Shown here: one piece after another, positions 8,430-16,619 of the stretch
How the letters are laid out: the number at the start of each line of letters is the position of its first letter
Numbering within the stretch: position 1 is the stretch's first letter
NCBI GenBank assembly: GCA_036494295.1
Contig: DASXOL010000046.1
Coordinates: 1 to 37,687, forward strand
DNA length: 37,687 nucleotides
Direction of reading: 5' to 3'
Source of the DNA: Pseudonocardiaceae bacterium
GTDB lineage: Bacteria > Actinomycetota > Actinomycetes > Mycobacteriales > Pseudonocardiaceae
Program-made: the position numbers and the translations under genes
Notes under the pieces: generated by a model
What the model saw: only the letters and a program-made list of their open reading frames with translations
What the model was told of the DNA's origin: nothing
Database searches by the model: none

Positions 8430-9961
8430 CGCCCGATCACCTCGGTGGCCATCGCGTTCGCCGTGGTCTCCAGCCCGGACAGGTCGCGGACCACCCTGAC
8501 CCGGTTGCAGAACTCCGCGTAGGCGGGCAGGTCGCAGGCGCCCAGGCCCCAGGAGTAGCGCGGCTCCGAGGTCAGCCAGATCACCTCGCGGGCCCGGCGG
8601 GCGATCTCCTCGAAGGCCTCCAGGTTGGGGTCGTTGCCGTTGCCCCGCCCGTCGCCGAGCACCAGCACCGTGGTGCGCCGGGTGACCGCGGTGCCGAACT
8701 CGGCGAGGAACTCGCCGAAGGCGTGGCCGTAGTCGGAGTTGGCGTCGGTGTCCAGCACGTCGCCGCCGAAGATCAGGCCCAGCGCGTGCTCGACGGGATG
8801 CTCCGAGAACAGGTCGGTGACCTCGGCCAGCTCCGAGACGAAGGCGAAGCTGCGCACCTGGTGCACCATGTCCTGCAGCCCGTGCACCAGGTGCAGGGTG
8901 AACCGGGCGGTGGTCCGCACCGACAGGCTCACGTCGGCCAGCACCACCAGCCGCGGCTTGTCCTCCGCGCGCGCCACCGTCACCGGACGGAACGGCACCC
9001 CGTCGAAGCGCATGTTGCGGCGCATGGTGCGGCCCGAGTCCACCCGCCCCCGCGCGGCGGTGCGACGGCGGTGGGTGAGCGCCCCGTGCAGGCTGTGCAG
9101 CAGCCGCCGCAGCGACTCCTCCAGCTGTGCGCGTTCCCGCTCGTCGACCCGGTCCACCGCGGCGACCCGGGCGTCGCGGGACTCCACCACCCGCTGCTCC
9201 AGCGCGAGCAGCGCCTCGACGTGCTGCTTGAGCGCCTCGGGCAGGTTGGCGAGCACCCCGGCGAGCCTGCGCCGCAACGCCGCCGCGTCGGACTCGTCCC
9301 CGGCGTCGGCAGTGTCGTCCTCGCCCTCCACCGCGTTCAGCCAGCCGAGCAGCGCCTCCTGCTCGGCGATGGTGAGGTCGGTGTCCACCCTGGTGCCGGT
9401 GGCGCGGGACAGCTCGCCGGGCATCCCGGCGCCGTGCAGCCGGTCGGTCTCCATCTGCACCCGGGCGCCCTCGCTGCCCGGGGTGTCCGCGTCGGGGGAG
9501 AACACCAGCTCGTCGGTGAGCGCGGCCAGGTCGACCTTGTTGGCCTCCTGGTGCAGGTTGTACTGCTCGGCGAGGTCCTCCGGATCGAAGTAGTCCCGGA
9601 TGTCGACCGGCTTGCCGTGCGAGTGCCCCTGCTGTGGATTCTCCGCAGGCTCCTCGGACATGGTGAACGAGTCGAGCTCGCCGGTGTCGGACAGCTCCTC
9701 GTGGCCGTGCCCGTGGCCGTGCCCCTGCTCCGGCGCCCCCACCTTGACCAGCGCGAAGAAGGCGTCGAAGACCTCGTCGTACACCGGCTCGTCGCGACGG
9801 TCCTTCACCAGCGCGACGCGCAGCGCGGCGCGCAACGTCTCCCGGTCCGCCAGCACTCCCGGCTGGGCCGCGGAGCGCATCGCGTCCAGCGACTCCGACA
9901 CCGAGATCCGCAGCCCGGCCAGCCGCAGCAACCGGACGAATCGATGCAGGCTGGCTTGCAT
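8426..9961 (-). CDS. VWA domain protein, CoxE-like partner of a MoxR ATPase
   Basis: C-terminal VWA with MIDAS 'VVLADVSLSV' and 'VLVLGDGRGNGNDP'. An internal 'GHGHGHGHE' tract is present. The start lies 2 nt after the moxR stop codon. Confidence 0.8.
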   Translation of the reverse strand: MQASLHRFVRLLRLAGLRISVSESLDAMRSAAQPGVLADRETLRAALRVALVKDRRDEPVYDEVFDAFFALVKVGAPEQGHGHGHGHEELSDTGELDSFTMSEEPAENPQQGHSHGKPVDIRDYFDPEDLAEQYNLHQEANKVDLAALTDELVFSPDADTPGSEGARVQMETDRLHGAGMPGELSRATGTRVDTDLTIAEQEALLGWLNAVEGEDDTADAGDESDAAALRRRLAGVLANLPEALKQHVEALLALEQRVVESRDARVAAVDRVDERERAQLEESLRRLLHSLHGALTHRRRTAARGRVDSGRTMRRNMRFDGVPFRPVTVARAEDKPRLVVLADVSLSVRTTARFTLHLVHGLQDMVHQVRSFAFVSELAEVTDLFSEHPVEHALGLIFGGDVLDTDANSDYGHAFGEFLAEFGTAVTRRTTVLVLGDGRGNGNDPNLEAFEEIARRAREVIWLTSEPRYSWGLGACDLPAYAEFCNRVRVVRDLSGLETTANAMATEVIGR

Positions 9962-9963
9962 CG

Positions 9964-11184
9964 CTACCGGTCCCGGCGCCTCGGCCGGTTGCCCAGGAAC
10001 GACCGGCTGCCCTGGCTGCTGGTCACCGCGCGCCGCGCCGCGGGTGTGGTGTCCCGGTCGCCCTCGGCGGTCGGCGGGTTGCCGTAGACGCCCGCACCGT
10101 GGCGTCCCGGCTCGTCCCGGCCGGCCCGCACCTGGCGCCCGTCGGGTCCTTCCTCGTCCTCGTCCGGCGCCGCGGCGGTGCCGTTCCCGTGCGCAGGTCC
10201 GTGCTCATGAGCGTGGCCGTGCCCATGAGCGTGGCCGTGCCCATGGCCGTGCCCATGACCGTCGGGCACCTGCGCGTTCGGGTCGACCAGCCGGGGCAGC
10301 GCCTCCAGTGCGCGGGAGACGTCCTTGTCGTACTTCGCCACGACCGAGACGGTGTCGGACAGCACGCCCGCGGACAGTTCGGAGACGCCCAGCACGGCCA
10401 GGGTGCGCGCCCAGTCGATGGTCTCGGAGATGCTCGGCGGCTTGCGCAGTTCGAGCTCACGCAGCCCGCGCACCACGTCGACCAGCTGCACGGCCACCGC
10501 GTCGGCCAGCCCGGTGTCCTTGGAGTGCAGGATCTCCAGCTCACGCTGCGCGGACGGGTAGTCCAGGAACAGGTGCAGGCAGCGGCGCTTGAGCGCGGCG
10601 GACAGATCGCGGGTGTTGTTCGAGGTGAGCACCACGTACGGCGGCTGGGTGGCGGTGTAGGTGCCCAGCTCGGGCACCGAGACCTGGTTCTCCGCCAGCA
10701 TCTCCAGCAGCACGGCTTCCAGTGCCTCGTCGGCGCGGTCCACCTCGTCGATGAGCAGCACGACCGGCTCGGGCGAGCGCACCGCCTCCAGCAGCGGCCG
10801 GGGCGCCAGGAACCGCTCCGAGAAGAACGCGCTGTCCTGCGACCCGATCTTCTCCACCGCGGCGGCCAGGTCCGGCGCGTCGGCCACCACCTCGCCGATC
10901 TTGTCGCGCAGCATCTGGGTGTAGAGCAGCTGCTTGCCGTAGTCCCACTCGTACAGCGCCTTGGTGTCGTCCTGGCCCTCGTAGCACTGCAGGCGCAGCA
11001 GCCGCCGCCCGCTGGCCTTGGCGACCGCCTTCGCCAGTTCGGTCTTGCCCACCCCGGCCGGACCTTCCAGCAGCACCGGCTTGTCGAGCCGGGACTGCAG
11101 GAACACGGTGGTGGCGATCCGCCGGTCGGTCAGGTATCCGACCGCGGCAAGCCGCTCGGCGACCTCGTCAACCGAGGTGAACAT
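9964..11184 (-). CDS. MoxR-family AAA+ ATPase with His/Gly-rich C-terminal extension
   Basis: Walker A 'LLEGPAGVGKTELAKA' and Walker B 'VLLIDEVDRA'. The roughly 100-aa tail contains 'GHGHGHGHGHAHGHGHAHEHGPAHG'. Confidence 0.85.
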   Translation of the reverse strand: MFTSVDEVAERLAAVGYLTDRRIATTVFLQSRLDKPVLLEGPAGVGKTELAKAVAKASGRRLLRLQCYEGQDDTKALYEWDYGKQLLYTQMLRDKIGEVVADAPDLAAAVEKIGSQDSAFFSERFLAPRPLLEAVRSPEPVVLLIDEVDRADEALEAVLLEMLAENQVSVPELGTYTATQPPYVVLTSNNTRDLSAALKRRCLHLFLDYPSAQRELEILHSKDTGLADAVAVQLVDVVRGLRELELRKPPSISETIDWARTLAVLGVSELSAGVLSDTVSVVAKYDKDVSRALEALPRLVDPNAQVPDGHGHGHGHGHAHGHGHAHEHGPAHGNGTAAAPDEDEEGPDGRQVRAGRDEPGRHGAGVYGNPPTAEGDRDTTPAARRAVTSSQGSRSFLGNRPRRRDR

Positions 11185-11218
11185 GGGCCTCCTTCGTCGG
11201 CCGTCTCGGCAGGGGGTG

Positions 11219-11267
11219 CCGGAGCGGTGGCGGTGCGGGCCGCGACACCCGTACCGCCACCCTCCGG
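11219..11267 (-). terminator. Strong intercistronic hairpin between mno and moxR (attenuator/partial terminator candidate)
   Basis: CCGGAG(c)GGTGGCGGT...ACCGCCACCCTCCGG gives about 15 bp of stem with one bulge. There is no U-tract, which is common in actinobacteria. Confidence 0.4.
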
Positions 11268-11273
11268 GGAACC

Positions 11274-12566
11274 TCAGCCCAGCAGGTCGTCCAGGTCACC
11301 GGTCATGCAGTGCTCGACCACCGGGCGGACCGTGTCGAACGTGCACTCCTTCGGGTTGCCGGGCGTGCAGGCGTCGCCGAGCACGTGGTTGGTGATGCGG
11401 CCCACGTCCTTGTCGTCACCACTGATCTTCTTGGTCTTCTCGTAGAACTTCGTGGGCCCCTGGCCCAGCCGGTTCTTCGAGTATGAGTCCTGGGTGACGT
11501 CGACGAACCGCTCCGGGATGCCCACGTCGCGCAGCAGCCTGATGGCGGCGGCCAGCGCGGCCTCGGCGGCCTGCACGTCGGTCTTGCCGTGGGTGTCGAT
11601 GCCCATGGCCTCGGCCATGTCGGCGAAGCGCCGGTAGGCCACCGGCATGTTGAACGCCCACACCCTGGGCAGCGCGACGGCGTTGTTGAGCCCGTGGTGG
11701 GTGTCGTAGAAGGCGCTCACCGCGTGCGAGATGGAGTGGATGATGCCCAGCCCGCCCGAGTTGAACGCCTGCGCGGCGATGTACTGCGCGTACATCATGC
11801 CCTCACGCCCAGGCAGGTCCTGGCCGTTCCACACCGCCTGGCGCAGGTTGCTCGCGGTCAGCTTGATCGCGTGCAGCGCGTTGCCCAGCGACGGCTGGAA
11901 GTTCAACCGCGACACGTACGGCTCGGAGGCGTGCGCGAGCACGTCGAACCCGCACTGCGCGGTGTAGTCGATCGGGCACTCGTAGTAGAGCACCGGGTCG
12001 TCGATGGCCAGCGACGTCACCGAGGCGTCGTCGAACGCGACGTACTTGTGCGGGTTGTCCGGGTCGGTGGTGGTGTCGGTGATGACGTAGGCCCACGACG
12101 TCTCCGAACCGGTACCGGCCGTGGTGGACACCGCGATGTGCGGCGGGTTCTTCGGGTTCTCCGACTTGTTGAAGCCCTCGAACTCGTTGACGTTGCGCCC
12201 GTCGTGCGCCACCGAGACCCGCGCGCCCTTGCACGCGTCGTGTGACGAGCCGCCACCGATGGACACGAAGCTGTCGCAGGAGTTCTCCTGGTACATCGAC
12301 ACCGCGTCCATGACGTTGTAGTCCTTGGGGTTGGACTCCACCTTGTCGTAGACCACCACGTCGACCCCGTGGTACTTCATCGACTCGGCGATGTTGTGCA
12401 CGATGTCGGTGCCGCGCAGCCCGGACGTCATGATCAAGGTCTTGGTGAAGCCGAGCTTCTTCGCCTCGGGGCCGATCAGCTCGTGGGCGCCGGGACCGAG
12501 CAGGGCCCGGGGAAACGGATGGAACTCCTTGATCGGAAATGGCTTGAGCAGTTCGTCGACCTGCAT
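11274..12566 (-). CDS. mno: NDMA-dependent methanol/alcohol dehydrogenase (nicotinoprotein type III ADH; Mno/Mdo/ThcE family)
   Basis: 'PIKEFHPFPRALLGPGAHE', 'YDKVESNPKDYNVM', 'GGGSSHDACKGARV', 'STTAGTGSETSWAYVITD' and 'GIIHSISHAVSAFYDTHHGLNNA'. I moved the start to ATG 12566, which has a GAGAGGA RBS. The 55-aa Arg-rich N-terminal extension in the track was discarded. Confidence 0.9.
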   Translation of the reverse strand: MQVDELLKPFPIKEFHPFPRALLGPGAHELIGPEAKKLGFTKTLIMTSGLRGTDIVHNIAESMKYHGVDVVVYDKVESNPKDYNVMDAVSMYQENSCDSFVSIGGGSSHDACKGARVSVAHDGRNVNEFEGFNKSENPKNPPHIAVSTTAGTGSETSWAYVITDTTTDPDNPHKYVAFDDASVTSLAIDDPVLYYECPIDYTAQCGFDVLAHASEPYVSRLNFQPSLGNALHAIKLTASNLRQAVWNGQDLPGREGMMYAQYIAAQAFNSGGLGIIHSISHAVSAFYDTHHGLNNAVALPRVWAFNMPVAYRRFADMAEAMGIDTHGKTDVQAAEAALAAAIRLLRDVGIPERFVDVTQDSYSKNRLGQGPTKFYEKTKKISGDDKDVGRITNHVLGDACTPGNPKECTFDTVRPVVEHCMTGDLDDLLG

Positions 12567-12634
12567 GCCTTGATCCTCTCCGACGCAACCCTCTTCGAAG
12601 ACGCGCCGCCGTTGTCGTCTCGAGCTTCGAATCC

Positions 12635-12681
12635 GTCTTGAGATTGAGCGTCTGTCTTGAGATTGGCCTGTCTTGCGATTC
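12635..12681. promoter_or_regulatory. Three direct repeats GTCTTGAGATTG / GTCTTGAGATTG / GTCTTGCGATTC upstream of mno (candidate response-regulator operator)
   Basis: Copies lie at 12635-12646, 12654-12665 and 12670-12681, which is 70-115 nt upstream of the mno start codon. I did not see this 12-mer elsewhere in the window. Confidence 0.45.
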
Positions 12682-13036
12682 GCGTTGACCGCGCCGATAC
12701 CGGCCGACGGCGGCCGGATGAAATAGCGCACCGGCGTGGTGAGGCCGAAGTTAAGTCCGCGCCGATTCGGGCGGAACCCTTCGCGGGCCGAACCGCGCGC
12801 ACGGACACCGCAGACTGCACGACCGGGCCCCCACGCCCCGTCCGGACAGACAGCCCCCCGGCGGCGAACCTGCCTGTTGCGGGCGTGGCTGCCTGCTCAG
12901 GGGTGCCCGGTCGCGCCGGTCGGCCCCCTCCGAACGGGCCGTTGTCCGGTGGCCGCCGGGTGCCATAGCGTCGATGTGAGCCCGGTCGCAGAAGTCGGCC
13001 CGCCTGAAATTCATCCAGTCCGCAGGAGGCGATCCC

Positions 13037-13144
13037 ATGGCACAGATCGACAATCCGCAGGCCGACGGCGAGAGCCCGGACGACGAGCTGGTGGAAACAC
13101 TGGTCGAAGAGGTCTCCATCGACGGCATGTGCGGGGTCTACTGA
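13037..13144 (+). CDS. mftA: Mycofactocin precursor peptide MftA (35 aa)
   Basis: Translation by hand gives MAQIDNPQADGESPDDELVETLVEEVSIDGMCGVY*. The C-terminal IDGMCGVY is the MftA hallmark. AGGAGG at 13025-13030. The ORF sits directly upstream of mftB and mftC and is not in the supplied track because it is too short. Confidence 0.93.
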   Translation: MAQIDNPQADGESPDDELVETLVEEVSIDGMCGVY

Positions 13145-13151
13145 TCACGCC

Positions 13152-13469
13152 GTGGAGGCATTCGATCCCGCCCGGCCGTACCGCAAGTCCGCTCAGGTGG
13201 CATTGCGCCCGGAGTCGTTCGGCGCGTTGGCCTACCACTTCGGTACCCGGCGGTTGTCGTTTCTGAAGACCCCGACCCTGGTCGAGGTGGTGACCGGACT
13301 GGAGCGCCACGACGACGTGCACGCCACCCTGGCCGCGGCGGGCGTGCCGGACCGGCAGCGGCGCGCCTACCTGGCCGCGCTGGCCGAACTGGCGGGCACC
13401 GGCACCATCGAGCGCCGCCCCGGCGAAGTCCCCAGTGACGAAGTCCCCAGTGAAGCGAGGCACGCGTGA
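13152..13469 (+). CDS. mftB: Mycofactocin biosynthesis chaperone MftB (PqqD-like RRE)
   Basis: 'ALRPESFGALAYHFGTRRLSFLK' PqqD-like fold signature. It starts 7 nt after mftA and has a GTGA overlap with mftC. Confidence 0.85.
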   Translation: MEAFDPARPYRKSAQVALRPESFGALAYHFGTRRLSFLKTPTLVEVVTGLERHDDVHATLAAAGVPDRQRRAYLAALAELAGTGTIERRPGEVPSDEVPSEARHA

Positions 13470-14647
13470 AGCTCACCGAGCACTTCCAGCACGGCCTGGC
13501 CGCCCCGATCTGTCTGACCTGGGAGCTGACCTACGCCTGCAACCTGGCCTGCGTGCACTGCTTGTCCTCCTCCGGGCGGCGGGACCCGCGGGAGCTCTCG
13601 ACCGACGAGTGCAAGGCCGTGATCGACGAGCTGGAACGGATGCAGGTGTTCTACGTGAACATCGGCGGCGGGGAGCCGACCGTCCGCTCGGACTTCTGGG
13701 AGCTGGTGGAGTACGCGGTCGCCCACCACGTCGGGGTCAAGTTCTCCACCAACGGCGTGCGGATCACCCCGGAGCGGGCCCGCCGGCTGGCCGGCAGCGA
13801 CTACGTCGACGTCCAGATCTCGCTCGACGGCGCCACCGCCGAGGTCAACGACGCGGTGCGCGGCGAGGGTTCCTTCGACACCGCGCTGCGCGCGATGGCC
13901 AACCTGCACGACGCCGGGTTCGGCGAGTTCAAGATCAGCGTGGTGATGACCCGGCACAACATCGGCCAGCTCGACGAGTTCAAGGCGATCGCGGACCGGT
14001 TCGGCGCCCAGCTGCGGATCACCAGGCTGCGCCCCTCCGGGCGCGGCGCGGACACCTGGGACGAGCTGCATCCCACCGCGGCGCAGCAGGTGGAGCTCTA
14101 CGACTGGCTGGTCGTCCGCGGCGAGTCGGTGCTCACCGGCGACTCGTTCTTCCACCTCTCCGCGCTGGGTGATCCGCTGCCCGGGCTGAACCTGTGCGGC
14201 GCGGGCCGGGTGGTGTGCCTGATCGACCCGGTGGGCGACGTCTACGCCTGCCCGTTCGCCATCCACGAGGAGTTCCTCGCGGGCAACGTCCGCTCCCCCG
14301 GCGGCTTCCAGCAGGTGTGGCGGCACTCCGAGCTGTTCGCGGACCTGCGCACCCCGCAGACCGGCGGTGCGTGCACCTCCTGCCGGCACTACGACTCCTG
14401 CCAGGGCGGCTGCATGGCGGCCAAGTTCTTCACCGGCCTGCCGCTGGACGGGCCGGACCCGGAATGCGTGCAGGGCTACGGCGAGGCCGCGCTGGCCTCG
14501 GTGGCGGCAGGCACCGCGCCGCGCTCCACCGTGGACCACTCCAGGAGCGCGCCGAGAAAGAACAGCGGCCCGGTTCCGGTGCAGATCGGGTTCGGCAGGC
14601 CGGACCGCGCATGCGACGAGAACCCGCTGGCCGGCCTGCGGATCTGA
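13466..14647 (+). CDS. mftC: Mycofactocin radical SAM/SPASM maturase MftC
   Basis: 'ELTYACNLACVHC' (CxxxCxxC). C-terminal SPASM cysteines 'CGAGRVVCLIDPVGDVYACPF' and 'CTSCRHYDSCQGGC'. Confidence 0.92.
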   Translation: MKLTEHFQHGLAAPICLTWELTYACNLACVHCLSSSGRRDPRELSTDECKAVIDELERMQVFYVNIGGGEPTVRSDFWELVEYAVAHHVGVKFSTNGVRITPERARRLAGSDYVDVQISLDGATAEVNDAVRGEGSFDTALRAMANLHDAGFGEFKISVVMTRHNIGQLDEFKAIADRFGAQLRITRLRPSGRGADTWDELHPTAAQQVELYDWLVVRGESVLTGDSFFHLSALGDPLPGLNLCGAGRVVCLIDPVGDVYACPFAIHEEFLAGNVRSPGGFQQVWRHSELFADLRTPQTGGACTSCRHYDSCQGGCMAAKFFTGLPLDGPDPECVQGYGEAALASVAAGTAPRSTVDHSRSAPRKNSGPVPVQIGFGRPDRACDENPLAGLRI

Positions 14648-14657
14648 CGGGCGCGCC

Positions 14658-16619
14658 ATGACATCGCTGGTCGAACCGTTCGAGCTGCGCGGCAGGCAGG
14701 CACCGAGCCGCGTGCTGTTCGGCCCGCACGAGACGAACCTGGCCCGGCGCAGGGAGATCTCCGATCGGCACGTGGCGTACTACGCGCAGCGCGCCGAGGG
14801 CGGCGCCGGGGTGATCGTCACCGAGACCGCCAGCGTGCATGACTCGGACTGGCCCTACGAGCGGGCTCCGCGAGCCGCCGACGCGGCCGAGGGCTGGCAG
14901 GCCACGGTCGCGGCCTGCCGCCCGCACCGGACGCTGGTGCTGGCCGGCCTCGGGCACAGCGGCTCACAGGGTTCTTCGGCGTTCCACCAGCGGGCGTTGT
15001 GGGCGCCGTCGCGGGTGCCGGACGTGGCCAGCCGCGAGGTGCCGATGGAGCTGGAGGACGCCGACATCGCGGAGCTGCTCGACGGGTTCGCCGCGGCGGC
15101 GCGGCTGGCCGGGCGGGCGGGCACCGACGGTGTCGAGATCAACGCGGGCCAGCACAGCCTGCTGCGCCAGTTCCTCTCCGGGCTCACCAACCAGCGCGGC
15201 GACGGATACGGCGAGGACCGGGCCCGGTTGCTGCGCGAGGTCCTCACCGCGGTCCGCGCGGCGCTCGGCGACGAGCGGGTGCTCGGGCTGCGGCTGTCCT
15301 GCGACGAGCAGGCCCCGTGGGCGGGCATCACCCCCGAGCAGGCCGCCGAGCACGTCGACGTGCTGGCCGAACTGGTCGACTACCTGGTCGTGGTGCGCGG
15401 CTCCGCGATGGCCGTGTCGGCCACCCGGCCCGACCTGCACACCGAGCCCGGGTTCAACATCGAGCTCTGCAAGCAGCTGCGTGACGCGGCGCAGGGTGGA
15501 ACCGCGGTGGTGCTGCAGGGCAGCGTCGTCGATCCCGCGATGGCGCAGCAGGCGCTGGACGACGGCGTCGCCGACCTGGTGGAGATGACCAGGGCGCAGC
15601 TCGCCGCTCCCGATCTCGTCGCGCTGGTGTGCGCGGGGCACCCGGAGCGGATCCGCCCCGCCACCCTGTCCAACCAGCACAGCCAGGTGCGGGACAACCG
15701 CAACCCGATCATCTCCGACGAGGGCGAGCCGGGCGCCGGGCACGAGACGGAAGAACCGCCGGTGCAGGGGCGCGACCCGGTGGCCCGCGAGGTGCTCGTC
15801 GTGGGCGGCGGACCGGCCGGGCTGGAGGCCGCCAGGGTGCTCGCGCTGCGCGGGCACCGGGTGCGCCTGGCCGAACGCTCCGGCCGGCTCGGCGGGGCGC
15901 TGCGGCTCGCGGCGCAGGTCGGCGGCCGGGCCCGGATGGGGCTGCTCGCCGACTGGCTGGAAGCCGAGGTGCGCCGTCTCGGCGTCGAGATCGAACTGGA
16001 GCGCGAGATCGGTCCCGGCGACCTGGCCGGGTCCTCGGAGGATCGGGCGGTCGTGATCGCCACCGGAGCGGTCGGCGCCCCGGCGCCCTTCGCGGTCCGG
16101 GACGGCGCCTGCGTGCGCACCGCGGCCGAACTGATGGCCGCCGTGGCGCGGACCGGCTCCACCGAGGCGGCGCTGGCCGAGCTGCCCGACGGGCCGGTGG
16201 TGGTCCGCGACCCGGTCGGCGACTGGGTGGGTGTGGGGGTCGCGGAGCAGGTCGCCGCCGCGGGCCGGCCCTGCGCGCTGAGCACCCCGGACCAGATCGC
16301 GGGCACCCAGCTCTCGCTCACCGGTGACCTGGCCGCGGCGAACGCCCGGCTGGCGCAGGCCGGGGTGGTCCGTGAGCTGCGCACCGTGGTGCGCGCGGCC
16401 GGTGACGGGCATGCGCTGCTGCACGACCCGCTGACCGGCGAGGACCGCAAGGTCGACTGCGCCGTCCTGGTCGACTGCGGGCACCGGCTGCCCGACGAGA
16501 CGCTGGACGGCCCGTACCGGGTGGGTGACTGCGTGGCGCCCAGGACGGTCTACCAGGCCGTCCTGGAAGGACGTCGCACCGCGCTGGCAGTCGGCGCCGG
16601 GCAGGGGAGTCCGCGATGA
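14658..16619 (+). CDS. FadH/OYE-family flavin oxidoreductase, paralogue 1 (Fe-S ligands lost)
   Basis: OYE-like FMN barrel 'LFGPHETNL...YYAQRAEGGAGVIVTE' and C-terminal 'VLVVGGGPAGLEAARVLALRGHRVRLAER'. The true start is ATG 14658. The track ORF 14367 start is an out-of-context extension across mftC. Confidence 0.85.
   Translation: MTSLVEPFELRGRQAPSRVLFGPHETNLARRREISDRHVAYYAQRAEGGAGVIVTETASVHDSDWPYERAPRAADAAEGWQATVAACRPHRTLVLAGLGHSGSQGSSAFHQRALWAPSRVPDVASREVPMELEDADIAELLDGFAAAARLAGRAGTDGVEINAGQHSLLRQFLSGLTNQRGDGYGEDRARLLREVLTAVRAALGDERVLGLRLSCDEQAPWAGITPEQAAEHVDVLAELVDYLVVVRGSAMAVSATRPDLHTEPGFNIELCKQLRDAAQGGTAVVLQGSVVDPAMAQQALDDGVADLVEMTRAQLAAPDLVALVCAGHPERIRPATLSNQHSQVRDNRNPIISDEGEPGAGHETEEPPVQGRDPVAREVLVVGGGPAGLEAARVLALRGHRVRLAERSGRLGGALRLAAQVGGRARMGLLADWLEAEVRRLGVEIELEREIGPGDLAGSSEDRAVVIATGAVGAPAPFAVRDGACVRTAAELMAAVARTGSTEAALAELPDGPVVVRDPVGDWVGVGVAEQVAAAGRPCALSTPDQIAGTQLSLTGDLAAANARLAQAGVVRELRTVVRAAGDGHALLHDPLTGEDRKVDCAVLVDCGHRLPDETLDGPYRVGDCVAPRTVYQAVLEGRRTALAVGAGQGSPR

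Noticed and set aside
10206-10262. Tandem repeats (also 23347-23418 and 28692-28739) as CRISPR arrays
   Set aside because: The units are 12-18 nt with no spacers. Most are in frame inside genes, and no cas genes are present.
12567-12731. 55-aa upstream extension of mno
   Set aside because: It is Arg-rich and lacks coding character. The conserved Mno N-terminus (MQVDELLKPFPIKEFHPFP) starts at ATG 12566 with an RBS. The extension would also swallow the repeat operator.
14367-14657. N-terminal 97-aa extension of the OYE-1 ORF that overlaps mftC
   Set aside because: The extension is Arg/Pro-rich nonsense in a different frame from the well-supported mftC. The conserved OYE N-terminus begins at ATG 14658.
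14658-16619. OYE-1 simply being a mis-sized MftD
   Set aside because: MftD belongs to the LldD/glycolate-oxidase FMN family (about 390 aa, no FAD/NAD domains). This protein has OYE/FadH architecture with a C-terminal GxGxxG domain. Functional substitution stays only a hypothesis.
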